Source of the DNA: Candidatus Babeliales bacterium
Lineage (GTDB): Bacteria; Babelota; Babeliae; Babelales; Vermiphilaceae
Assembly: GCA_963743635.1 (NCBI GenBank)
Contig: CAVUQO010000002.1
Coordinates: forward strand, 448,001 to 512,000
Direction of reading: 5' to 3'
Length of the DNA stretch: 64,000 nt
The notes beneath the pieces were generated by a model that saw nothing but the letters and a program-made list of their open reading frames with translations, ran no database searches and was not told where the DNA came from. The stretch's first letter is position 1, and the number at the start of each line of letters is the position of its first letter. Made by a program: the position numbers and the translations under genes. Shown here in pieces: positions 48,250 to 57,276 of this stretch.

Positions 48250-49908
48250 TTACGCTACCGCCACTGCCACTGGTGCACTTTCTGTGCCACTGCTATTCAC
48301 TGCGGTCACGAAGAAATTACTGCCATTATCACCATTTGTAAGGAATGCATTAAAAGTAAGTGGTGATGTTGCTGATACATTCCCAACGAGCGTTGTTCCG
48401 TTATAAATGTTGTATGAAACGGCGTCCGCGCTTGCAGTCCACGTGATGGTTAAATAGCGTGCGATCTGAAGGAGGAACACGTTGTTTGCGCGTGTGCCGA
48501 CAACGTTGGTGGGGCCAGTTATCGAGCAGTTACCAACAACAATAGTAGTTGGTGGTAGAACGGTGACGGGTGTAGGCGTACTTTCTGAATCAGTGTCATC
48601 GACGGCCGTGATGAATAAATTATCACCAATATAATCAGGCGAAAGCGAGTAAGTATAGATTGTGTATGGAGTGGCGTATGGATCTGCGGACACTGTTGTT
48701 ATTAAGGTATAGCCATCATAAATGTTATATGCAACAACGTCTGATGTACTACTGCCTTGCCAGGTGATCGTAAAAGTTTCATCGATAAGAACCGACCGGC
48801 AATCGACAGTCTTGGTAACTTCGCTCGTTGCATTTGAGGGCGGATTTGGAGGTTGAATTGCTTTGGTTACCGCAACGCCGAGTGGTAAAAATCCTCCAGA
48901 AAAAGAAAGATATGATGTACTGTAACCTGGTGGTACATCAATGGTAGCAAGTGTCTGATCAAATTCAACGGCAGTAAATATTTTTGAATTATCAACTGAG
49001 GCAGCAATGCCAACTTGTTGTGATCCCACGCCAATAGAATCTATCTGAACGGGAGCAGGGGAATACGTCAGATCAATGACGCTTACACTGGTCTCATGTC
49101 CACTTGTTACATATCCATAGTCGCCATTGGGAGTAATTGCCATGAAGAGTGGTTGGTTACCAGGGGCACCAACTGTAATAGGATAACCTGATGTTGTTTT
49201 TACCGTTGGGACATAGCTTGATAAATCAGCAACAGAAAGAGTGCCATTGCTGAAATTACATATGTAAAGATTATCACCACTAGGATCCACTAGGAGGCCA
49301 AACGGTTGATGTATTTGAGATGTATAGTCGCTAATTTGGCCAATGAGATCGGGAGAATTTTGATATGTACCAGAGATGTTATAGTAGTAAATCCTATGGT
49401 AGAGTTGTGATGCTGCATACAGTGTATTGCCGTCTAGTGATATGGCGAGTCCAAAGGGGTTTTCTATGCTTACCGGAGTTCCAACTATGGGTGTAGTATT
49501 ACTATTGAGACCGCTCACGATTTGAATTTGATTGGAGCCCTCTTGTGATATATATGCGGTATCACCATCTTTGCTGAGGACTCCGCTAAAAGCATATGCG
49601 CCTCCTATATCAAGGGTGTACAGTACTGTATTGGTTTTAAGATCAATAGCTGCGAAGGAAGTATCAGAATGGTAGCTCACTATATATGCTTTGGTGAAAT
49701 CGGGTGATATTATAATGACCCGAGAAATCGGGAATGGGATACTAAATGGCGATCCGGTAATTTGCGTATTGGTTATTTGATCAACAACGTACAACAAAGA
49801 AGTTCCGCCACCGACGACGTACGTCCGTGCATTTTGTGTGGCGTCCAATGCGTGCCACGAAATCAGCAGTTGAAAGCTCAGCGCAATTAGATATTTTTTT
49901 ATGTTCAT
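48250..49908 (-). CDS. YncE-like beta-propeller surface protein with two C-terminal FN3-like domains
   Basis: ISPD...AY, ISLDGNTLY, ITPNGDYGYV repeats; ITW...YNIY twice. Confidence 0.85.
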   Translation of the reverse strand: MNIKKYLIALSFQLLISWHALDATQNARTYVVGGGTSLLYVVDQITNTQITGSPFSIPFPISRVIIISPDFTKAYIVSYHSDTSFAAIDLKTNTVLYTLDIGGAYAFSGVLSKDGDTAYISQEGSNQIQIVSGLNSNTTPIVGTPVSIENPFGLAISLDGNTLYAASQLYHRIYYYNISGTYQNSPDLIGQISDYTSQIHQPFGLLVDPSGDNLYICNFSNGTLSVADLSSYVPTVKTTSGYPITVGAPGNQPLFMAITPNGDYGYVTSGHETSVSVIDLTYSPAPVQIDSIGVGSQQVGIAASVDNSKIFTAVEFDQTLATIDVPPGYSTSYLSFSGGFLPLGVAVTKAIQPPNPPSNATSEVTKTVDCRSVLIDETFTITWQGSSTSDVVAYNIYDGYTLITTVSADPYATPYTIYTYSLSPDYIGDNLFITAVDDTDSESTPTPVTVLPPTTIVVGNCSITGPTNVVGTRANNVFLLQIARYLTITWTASADAVSYNIYNGTTLVGNVSATSPLTFNAFLTNGDNGSNFFVTAVNSSGTESAPVAVAVA

Positions 49909-50080
49909 TTGTTTTCCTTTATTGGAGTTTTACATTCGTATACTTACTGGTGATTTTCACACTTTAGTACGAGTGCGTTGCTGTGTGCAAGAAAATTAAA
50001 AACTTTTATCCAAAACAAAACTACCCGAGAATGCATTGGGCTTTCTCGGGTAGTGGTATTTAAAATCAGATTAATGGATC

Positions 50081-50785
50081 TTATGCATGCGCCTTGAGTA
50101 TGATCGGTTTTTGCATGCCATCGGTGAGCGTTAGTTCAAAGTTTGGATTGAACTTTCTTCTTCGCACGAAGACAAGGCCGCTGATGGTCTTGTGCGCATG
50201 CAAGAATTGCTCGTCGAGCGCCTTTTCTTCGAACACTGTATCGATGTAGGCATTTGTTTTCTTGGCATTATGGACCGTAATAGCTACGGGAGCAATGCAT
50301 GCAGCGGCTATTAAAGTGATGGGTAAAATGACGGGAATTACTGGGTAGCTTAGTATAGCACTAGTCACTCCCAGAGTCAGGAAGAAGGTACCCATAGAGA
50401 CACCAGGGACGCCAAATCCTATCGCACGCGATGCTACGCTTAAATGTGCGGCATGTGCAACTTTATCAGCAGGAACTATCGGGAGATTTAAATTTTCAGG
50501 TAAGAAGGAAAGAGTACGATCGGAATGATTGGTCAATGAGATGTAGATCGGCTGATATCCTTTTTCACGTACATTATTACCTAGATAGGCTTTGCATGCT
50601 TTGCCATCAAGGACGGCATATGAGCCTTCGATTGAGCTGTCATTGCTTGAGAAGCTATTGGTTTTTGAGATATCTGAGAGTGATCGGGTTTTGAATTGAG
50701 AACCGCCGCAGCCCGAAAGGATAAGCAGTAGCGCCAGGCAGGCTGATGAGGCGAGAGGTGAAAAAGATGAATGTTTTGTTTCCAT
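50081..50785 (-). CDS. Hypothetical lipoprotein with hydrophobic hairpin
   Basis: Lipobox LSGC; long hydrophobic segment. Confidence 0.7.
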   Translation of the reverse strand: METKHSSFSPLASSACLALLLILSGCGGSQFKTRSLSDISKTNSFSSNDSSIEGSYAVLDGKACKAYLGNNVREKGYQPIYISLTNHSDRTLSFLPENLNLPIVPADKVAHAAHLSVASRAIGFGVPGVSMGTFFLTLGVTSAILSYPVIPVILPITLIAAACIAPVAITVHNAKKTNAYIDTVFEEKALDEQFLHAHKTISGLVFVRRRKFNPNFELTLTDGMQKPIILKAHA

Positions 50786-51099
50786 TATAACTCCATTTGT
50801 TAGTATCTAAGGGATTTTTAACATGTTTCAGTATACGGACTTTTACATTTTTGGCAACGCAGGGGCTTTTTAGGAGTGGCAGATTGTGCCTTTATACAGG
50901 AGGTTTTAGCCAACTTTGGGCATCATTATATGAACTATCTGAGCGTGCAAAAATGGGCAATAGTGCTCAAAAAAGCCCTAAAGTAAAGCAAAATCCTTGT
51001 TCTATTATTGCAATTTGGTACTCTTGGTGAAGTATGCCCTTATGGGGGTATACCGTATATCTAAGTACATATTCAATTATAGGCGGGGAGCCAGAAAGC

Positions 51100-52893
51100 A
51101 TGGTTACATACCAAAAAAGAATGTCGTTACTATTGTGTCTGTTAATGAGTGGAGCAGCATTTGCTGATGAGGCTCAGACTCAGCCCCTCGTAAGTGGTGA
51201 GCAAAAGGTGCTTAATATTATGACCGACTCTCAAGAAGGGGTTGCGGCCTATAATAAAGAACATCTTAAGCTTGCTGAATCAGTAAATCTTGCAACCGAT
51301 TTAAATATTGCAGCTATCACTGAACGGTTGGGATGCAAGACTCATATGGGTAGAGCATTTCTGCAAGAATCATTATCATCACCGCTCAATACGGAAAATA
51401 AAGACGTTCTTTTAAAGAGACAACAGATCATCAGAGCATTGGTTGAAAATCCTGAACTCAAGCAAGAAGTAGAAGAAATGATTGAGCATGCTCGGAAACA
51501 TGAAGAGCATGTTATGACATTATTGTCAGATGATTTTAAAAATCAAAAGAGCCCGCAAGTTGCCGAATTGGAGAACATAAAAACTCAAAATCCATGGCTC
51601 TATAGATTCGCTAAATCTATAAACAAAAGTACTACTGTAGCCACAATAGGGCACGGTTTGGGAGTGCTGACAATAGCAGGTATGGTTTATGCAACAAAGT
51701 ATTTCGGTGAAATTGCAAAACAAGGTATAGAAACAGTATATAAAGCGAAAAAAGCGGGAGCAACAGTATTGTGGACGGACTCTGGATTGATGTCTGTAAA
51801 TGCATATGCAGCTCTTGTAGCTGTGTTGTGTGTAGAGACAGCGTATTGCGGAGGTTTCACTGGTTATACAACCTATAAATTTGCTGAAAATTATATGAAT
51901 AATGTTGCAAAACGCCAAAAAATGCATTCGTTATATACGCTCATTAAGATTGCAGAAAAATCTGAGGCGCTTTGTGCGAAGTATAACCTTGACTCGCAAT
52001 TTAAAATGAGTGCTATTGAGAATAAAACTGCGATTGCACTTATCGATAGTTTGAAAAGTTCACGCTATGAAGATGTTGACGCAATGTTGGTATTTAGCCC
52101 AGCTGTTCAGACGCTGGCCATAAAATTATATGAAGAAGATAAAAATCTTGCGCAACTTTTTGCCTGCATTGCAGAATTAGATGTGTATAATGCGTTAGCC
52201 AACAAAATTATTGAATCTAAAGAAAAGGATCATACGTTCTGTTTTGCTACCTTTATCGATGATGCAAAGCCGGCCATAAAGACTGAGGGTTTCTGGAACA
52301 TACTGGTGGATAATCCGGTGGTAAACGGTATCTCCCAAGATCAGCATGTAATTCTCACCGGACCAAATGCGGGCGGTAAAACAACTTCAATTCGATCATT
52401 GTTGCAAAATATTGTCCTCGCGCAGACGTTTGGCGTTGCGGCGGCTGAAACGTTTGAACTCACTATGTTTGATGTTATTCACTCATTCCTCAATGTTTCA
52501 GACGATCTGATTAATGGCGACTCTCTCTTTAAGGCAGAAGTAAAACGAGCTCAAGGTATCTTGCAAAAGATTCAATCGCTTGAACCCGGTAAGAAATATT
52601 TCTTTGCCCTTGATGAACTGTTTACCGGAACCGGTGCAGTAGAGGGTGAACAATGTGCCTATGCCTTTATCAATCGAATCGCGGATTTTGAGAACATTCT
52701 CTTTATCTATGCAACCCACTTTAACAAGCTTAAAGAGTTGGCGGATACTAATAGCAATTGCGCGAACTATAAAGTTGATGCGCCGACACGTGATGAAAAC
52801 GGTAAATTGGTCTATCCATTTACACTCAGCCCAGGGGCGAATCAGATCAATGTTGCGATTGATATTGCACAAGAAGCAGGTTTATTTGCCTAA
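51100..52893 (+). CDS. MutS domain V ATPase paralog 2 with signal peptide and two hydrophobic segments
   Basis: MSLLLCLLMSGAAFA signal; TGPNAGGKTT, SLFKAE, LDELFTGT, YATHF; no GxFYE mismatch-recognition domain. Confidence 0.9.
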   Translation: MVTYQKRMSLLLCLLMSGAAFADEAQTQPLVSGEQKVLNIMTDSQEGVAAYNKEHLKLAESVNLATDLNIAAITERLGCKTHMGRAFLQESLSSPLNTENKDVLLKRQQIIRALVENPELKQEVEEMIEHARKHEEHVMTLLSDDFKNQKSPQVAELENIKTQNPWLYRFAKSINKSTTVATIGHGLGVLTIAGMVYATKYFGEIAKQGIETVYKAKKAGATVLWTDSGLMSVNAYAALVAVLCVETAYCGGFTGYTTYKFAENYMNNVAKRQKMHSLYTLIKIAEKSEALCAKYNLDSQFKMSAIENKTAIALIDSLKSSRYEDVDAMLVFSPAVQTLAIKLYEEDKNLAQLFACIAELDVYNALANKIIESKEKDHTFCFATFIDDAKPAIKTEGFWNILVDNPVVNGISQDQHVILTGPNAGGKTTSIRSLLQNIVLAQTFGVAAAETFELTMFDVIHSFLNVSDDLINGDSLFKAEVKRAQGILQKIQSLEPGKKYFFALDELFTGTGAVEGEQCAYAFINRIADFENILFIYATHFNKLKELADTNSNCANYKVDAPTRDENGKLVYPFTLSPGANQINVAIDIAQEAGLFA

Positions 52894-52916
52894 TGTTAAT
52901 TGCATGATTTTGATAT

Positions 52917-52954
52917 AAAAGAAGCGCCCCCGAAAATCCGAGGGCGCTTCTTTT
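52917..52954 (+). terminator. Rho-independent terminator
   Basis: AAAAGAAGCGCCC...GGGCGCTTCTTTT. Confidence 0.85.
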
Positions 52955-53412
52955 ATATATGGTCAGTGGCAGGTTGGATGCATTAGGCGTGTATATTTAG
53001 CGCAGTTGAGATGGCCAATTAGAAGGTTAAAATAGGTAGGAAAAGCATGTTGAATTTTAAGAATGGCCGTGATATACTCTATTCTACGAGATTAAAATGC
53101 CCAATTTTATATAGATAAATAAGGGATTTTGACCGTTCTTAAAAAATAAAAATTGAGAGTATTACGTTGAAGTGCATATTGCGGAAGTAATATGGCATAA
53201 TGTTGGTATCTAACTTTTTTAGCAAGAAGGATGCGAGTAAAAGAATCATTCAGATGAATGGCGTGAGAAAATCATATAATGCCTAAAAACGAGACTACTT
53301 GTAGTTTGACCGCTTTTTATGCTGCTAAAACGTCCATTAAAAAATAAACAGAGAAGTGTAGTAAATGAATGCGTGTTTAAATTCATGTGTTTTCATAAAT
53401 AAAGGTTTTTAT

Positions 53413-53781
53413 ATGAAAAAAGAATCAATGTTCAAGACAATGTTGTTGGCTGTAGTTTTCATGACCACTCCTATGGTAAAAGCTCATGCAGGATGCGCCG
53501 ATCAAGGTATTTTCAGCGCTCTTTCTACTCAAATTACAGAGTTTTTCTACGGCAAGCCAGTTGCGCCAAAACCAACAGGAATCGCAGCGTATTACGCTTC
53601 TGCGAAACGTGTTGCGGGCAATGCGGCATCTTCTGCGAAGCTTGCAGCAACAAACGCGGCAACTTGGATGAATAACAATCGTCTTTTGACAGGTTGCGGC
53701 GTTGTAGCTGTTTCTGCTGCGGTAGGCGTTTTAGCGTATCAAAAATATGCTCGCTCAAAAACAGCAACAAATAACAATTAA
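53413..53781 (+). CDS. Small Ala-rich secreted protein with C-terminal TM and basic tail
   Basis: Signal peptide ending AHA; GVVAVSAAVGVLAY followed by QKYARSK. Confidence 0.75.
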   Translation: MKKESMFKTMLLAVVFMTTPMVKAHAGCADQGIFSALSTQITEFFYGKPVAPKPTGIAAYYASAKRVAGNAASSAKLAATNAATWMNNNRLLTGCGVVAVSAAVGVLAYQKYARSKTATNNN

Positions 53782-53815
53782 TTAAAATACTATAATTCAA
53801 AAAAAGGTTTTTACT

Positions 53816-54100
53816 ATGAAGTCATCAATGTTAAAAAATGTAGTTTTGGCAGTAGCGGTTATGTCATCTTCAGCAGCTGTTGCAGCTCCAGCGGCAGCTC
53901 CTATTCTAGCAAAGACTTGGGCAGAAACAGTAGCTACTTACAGTGGTTACAACTATGTATCAAGCACTACAGCAGGAAAATGGGTTGCAGCAAATCCTTA
54001 CTACACTCTTGCAGGAGCACTAACAACTGCTGCAGTCGTGTACGCTGTATATGCATGCACCGCTAAAAGCAAAACTGTAAAAGCTCCAGCAGCTAAATAA
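53816..54100 (+). CDS. Small Ala-rich secreted protein with C-terminal TM and basic tail
   Basis: Signal peptide ending AVA; LAGALTTAAVVYAVY followed by KSKTVKAPAAK; same AAAGGTTTTT RBS as the upstream gene. Confidence 0.75.
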   Translation: MKSSMLKNVVLAVAVMSSSAAVAAPAAAPILAKTWAETVATYSGYNYVSSTTAGKWVAANPYYTLAGALTTAAVVYAVYACTAKSKTVKAPAAK

Positions 54101-54197
54101 CTCATCGCATCGTGAAAACGATGCTGTGTGTAAAAAATATAAGAACGTCCGTGGGAAACCGCGGACGTTCTTATTTATTCTATTTCGCGCAAGAGAC

Positions 54198-54638
54198 TTA
54201 TTCGAGTTCAATTTCTTCTTGGGCAGTGGTAGTGTTGGCAGGCGCCATCATATCGCGCATCGTCGATACGCATTCTTTGCATATTTCCATACATTCTTGG
54301 CATGCTTTCATACATGCGGTACACGCATCGGTGCATTGTTCGCATGCTTTTTCGCAACGGTCGCACGCATCGTTACATTCAGCGCACGCCTTTTCGCATT
54401 GTTTACAGCTGATATCGCAACTATCGCACGATTTGGTGCAATCGTTGCAGCTATCGGTACATCGATCGCATGAGCTGGTACATTCTGCGCAGGCTTGTGT
54501 ACAGTCGGTACAGACTTCGATATTTTCCTGAATCGTTGTTTTTAAGGTATCCTCAGTTGCTTTTTTTGCCGCATTAAGCGGATATACGATAGTGCCAGCG
54601 ATGAGAGCCGCACAGATTGTTTTGTGTAATGTTGCCAT
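54198..54638 (-). CDS. Cys-rich secreted protein, (CxxCxxx)n, related in pattern to four-helix copper-storage proteins
   Basis: 24 Cys in strict alternating x2/x3 spacing; signal peptide MATLHKTICAALIAGTIVYPLNA; RBS GGAG. Confidence 0.8.
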   Translation of the reverse strand: MATLHKTICAALIAGTIVYPLNAAKKATEDTLKTTIQENIEVCTDCTQACAECTSSCDRCTDSCNDCTKSCDSCDISCKQCEKACAECNDACDRCEKACEQCTDACTACMKACQECMEICKECVSTMRDMMAPANTTTAQEEIELE

Positions 54639-54795
54639 AATTTCTCCTTCAGGAATATGGTAAACTATTGAACTGAAATATACTTGTTTGAGACAAAGGT
54701 AATAATCATGCAAAAAAAATCAAGTATCGTCGTTAAGAGATGATATGCTGCGTATAGATGTTAGTATCGTGTGCGATAATTAAGGAAGGAATTAT

Positions 54796-55143
54796 ATGAA
54801 CAGAACATTGATTATGGCGTTGGGTATTATTGCCGGATCGTTGCATGGCACACTTGCTTGTAAGGCCAAAGGGCGCGAGCGTGAAACGCGTCGGTCCGTG
54901 ATTAATACACAGCGCAATGGGGTAGGAATTGCAGCAGATGATGTTTGTTATCTTTCACGCAATAAAAAAATGATACGATGCCGTTCAGGCAGAACCTTTA
55001 AAAATCCGATCATGAAAGAAAGTGCACTCACCGGAACGCCCGGTTTTTTGAGTGGATCTGATTACATTGGCTATGTTGTATCAGAGCCATCTACGCCATC
55101 GCTCATGGGCAGTGGCAAAAGAATCGATTTATATGAGCGATAA
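54796..55143 (+). CDS. Hypothetical secreted protein
   Basis: Signal-like N-terminus, RBS AAGGAAGG. Confidence 0.65.
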   Translation: MNRTLIMALGIIAGSLHGTLACKAKGRERETRRSVINTQRNGVGIAADDVCYLSRNKKMIRCRSGRTFKNPIMKESALTGTPGFLSGSDYIGYVVSEPSTPSLMGSGKRIDLYER

Positions 55144-55144
55144 T

Positions 55145-55612
55145 CTATTCGTTCCAGCCATACTCTGATATCCAGGGTGTTCGAGCAGTGCTTTTTTGTA
55201 TGATTTCAGTAATGTATGCATGCATGGGAGTCGGCAGGGCGTTTATGGGATGAAATTCAAGGGCTTCACATTTGTGAGGCTCTCTATTTTCTGGTTGGTG
55301 TTTACTCAGATCAACAAAAAAAGCAAAGATAACGTAATCAAAGGGAGGGGAATAATGGTGCATTGCGCCTATTAAATGCAATTCGTTGGGGGATAGTAAT
55401 ATGCCGCATTCTTCTGCTACTTCTCGAATGAGTGCTTGCGATGATGATTCGCTTTCAGCAACATGGCCAGCCACTAAAGACCAACATCCATCCATGTGCC
55501 CAGTATTTTTCCTTTTTCCCAATAAAATGGTGTCGCCTCGCATGCCTATCAGATAGGTAGCGATGCGTGTTTTTGTGCGATTTCTATCGTTGAGAATTTC
55601 TTTAGGTTGCAT
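55145..55612 (-). CDS. NUDIX hydrolase
   Basis: Nudix box AGHVAESESSSQALIREVAEECG; NREPHKC. Confidence 0.92.
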   Translation of the reverse strand: MQPKEILNDRNRTKTRIATYLIGMRGDTILLGKRKNTGHMDGCWSLVAGHVAESESSSQALIREVAEECGILLSPNELHLIGAMHHYSPPFDYVIFAFFVDLSKHQPENREPHKCEALEFHPINALPTPMHAYITEIIQKSTARTPWISEYGWNE

Positions 55613-55628
55613 ATATATCTTTCACAGG

Positions 55629-57107
55629 TTATCGTACACGATCTTGATAGGTCGAGAGTACCGTTTTTTCAAGATCGATTCCAATGGCAGCAAGATGCTT
55701 TTGTGCAGCTTTCATATCAACTAATGAAGGGCAATAATGACCGCTATATGCTTCTATTGTTGTTAAATTTCCTTGCGCATCAAAACGTAAAAGACCGGCG
55801 GAATCAACCGGGCCGTAATCACTAAAGCTCGTATGACAGATGAGTGCTTTTGATTCGTGATGAAAATCTTTGGGCGTTGCATACATGATGTCATCCAAAA
55901 GAACGAACAAATAATCACGCATTGGATCAATGGATTTGTTGTCAATACGCATGTTGCCGTGCGCATCAGCGGATACGACATACGATAGCATATCGTTCTT
56001 TGAGAGTTGTATTACTGATTTTCGGTGCGCTTGTGCATCAAGTTCTTTTCTCCAATGAATCGCTTCTAGGATGGGATCCTTACCATTCATGAGATAATAG
56101 TGATGATCGAGATCAACCATTTCGGGCAGATATTTTTCGTGGACCGATAATTGGCGCAACATTTTTTGCACTTTGCGCAATTCATCTTTTAATTCCTCGG
56201 CAGTAACGCTTGGTGCATGACGGCTTAGATCAGTATCAAGCATATGGGTGGGCACAAATACTTCCGAATTATCAGTGATTTTTTCTGAGGTAAAAACCAG
56301 CGACATTGATCCTTTGCCGGGTGTAATCGCATGTATTAAATGATGAGGCATCATATATGATTCACCATTGCCGATAATATCGGTTGATTCTCGCGTGAGA
56401 GAGACTATGGCCGCATCAAGAGCTTTAGGATTCAGAATATAATTATCGCGGCATGGGCAGGGCAATGCGCCTGATTCGGAGGTTGGCATTAATGACACCG
56501 GCTCTCTGACGCTGTGTAGATTTTGGGCATCGCATGCTGCGGTGCTTTTTGCATAAATATCTTGAGACAAGTAACCAGAGATTATTTTGGAGTAAAAATC
56601 CCATTTATGATTGTGAGGGAATTCTTTTTCTTCTTTTTGTTCCCACACATGCAGGCGAATTTTCCATGCATTTTCACCCTTTCCGGCTGCAAGTACCACC
56701 TTTAAAAATCCCGTAACATTGCGATATGAAGCCTGAGCAACCCTTTTGAGTAGTGCTTCATCATTGAGAATCTGTTCAATGAGTTCATATAAAAATTCTT
56801 TGTCTATAGGATCGAATACTTCTTGAAATAAGATGATATCATCGCGACTATTGTTTTTATTGAGCCATACAACATGAGCCTGCTCGCCAACATGTTGCAG
56901 AAATTCGAGCGGAGTTTGTTCGTCATGGATAAAGGTTTTGCTGCGTAGTCGCGGTTTTTGATTGAGCGTCGGCGATGATATGTGCCATCCTTCTTTTTCA
57001 GTAATGAGTCTGGCTGCGTCGTGCGTTGCGCTATTCTGGGTGTAGGCAAGGAGAAGGCATAGGCAGAATGTGCGAGCATGAGTGATAAGTTGACGAAAAT
57101 AGATCAT
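55629..57107 (-). CDS. Secreted two-domain protein: cupin-like domain + C-terminal HTSF...SAG...SGHY.P domain
   Basis: RLHVW...HNHKWDFYSKII...GESY...IHAI; ICHTSF...VDSAGLL...GNL..IEAYSGHYCP. Confidence 0.65.
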   Translation of the reverse strand: MIYFRQLITHARTFCLCLLLAYTQNSATHDAARLITEKEGWHISSPTLNQKPRLRSKTFIHDEQTPLEFLQHVGEQAHVVWLNKNNSRDDIILFQEVFDPIDKEFLYELIEQILNDEALLKRVAQASYRNVTGFLKVVLAAGKGENAWKIRLHVWEQKEEKEFPHNHKWDFYSKIISGYLSQDIYAKSTAACDAQNLHSVREPVSLMPTSESGALPCPCRDNYILNPKALDAAIVSLTRESTDIIGNGESYMMPHHLIHAITPGKGSMSLVFTSEKITDNSEVFVPTHMLDTDLSRHAPSVTAEELKDELRKVQKMLRQLSVHEKYLPEMVDLDHHYYLMNGKDPILEAIHWRKELDAQAHRKSVIQLSKNDMLSYVVSADAHGNMRIDNKSIDPMRDYLFVLLDDIMYATPKDFHHESKALICHTSFSDYGPVDSAGLLRFDAQGNLTTIEAYSGHYCPSLVDMKAAQKHLAAIGIDLEKTVLSTYQDRVR

Positions 57108-57276
57108 GAAAACGTCCTTTGCTGATACATACGTTTTGCTGTTATGGTCGCTAAAATCGGACCAATTATGAGCTATATTTATTTTTTTTGCAATAAATAT
57201 CTGCTTTTAGAGCCATAATGTAATGTTGGAACGAAGAAATGAGAAGTAGCTATTCAGGTGTAGCGGTGCATGAGTC

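Noticed and set aside
45623..52893. Calling the ATPases mutS or mutS2
   Set aside because: No mismatch-binding or Smr domain, and signal/TM segments are present, so no gene symbol was assigned
54112..54531. Plus-strand His/Ser-rich and Ala/Phe-rich ORFs
   Set aside because: Antisense shadows of the Cys-heptad gene, which has the RBS and signal peptide
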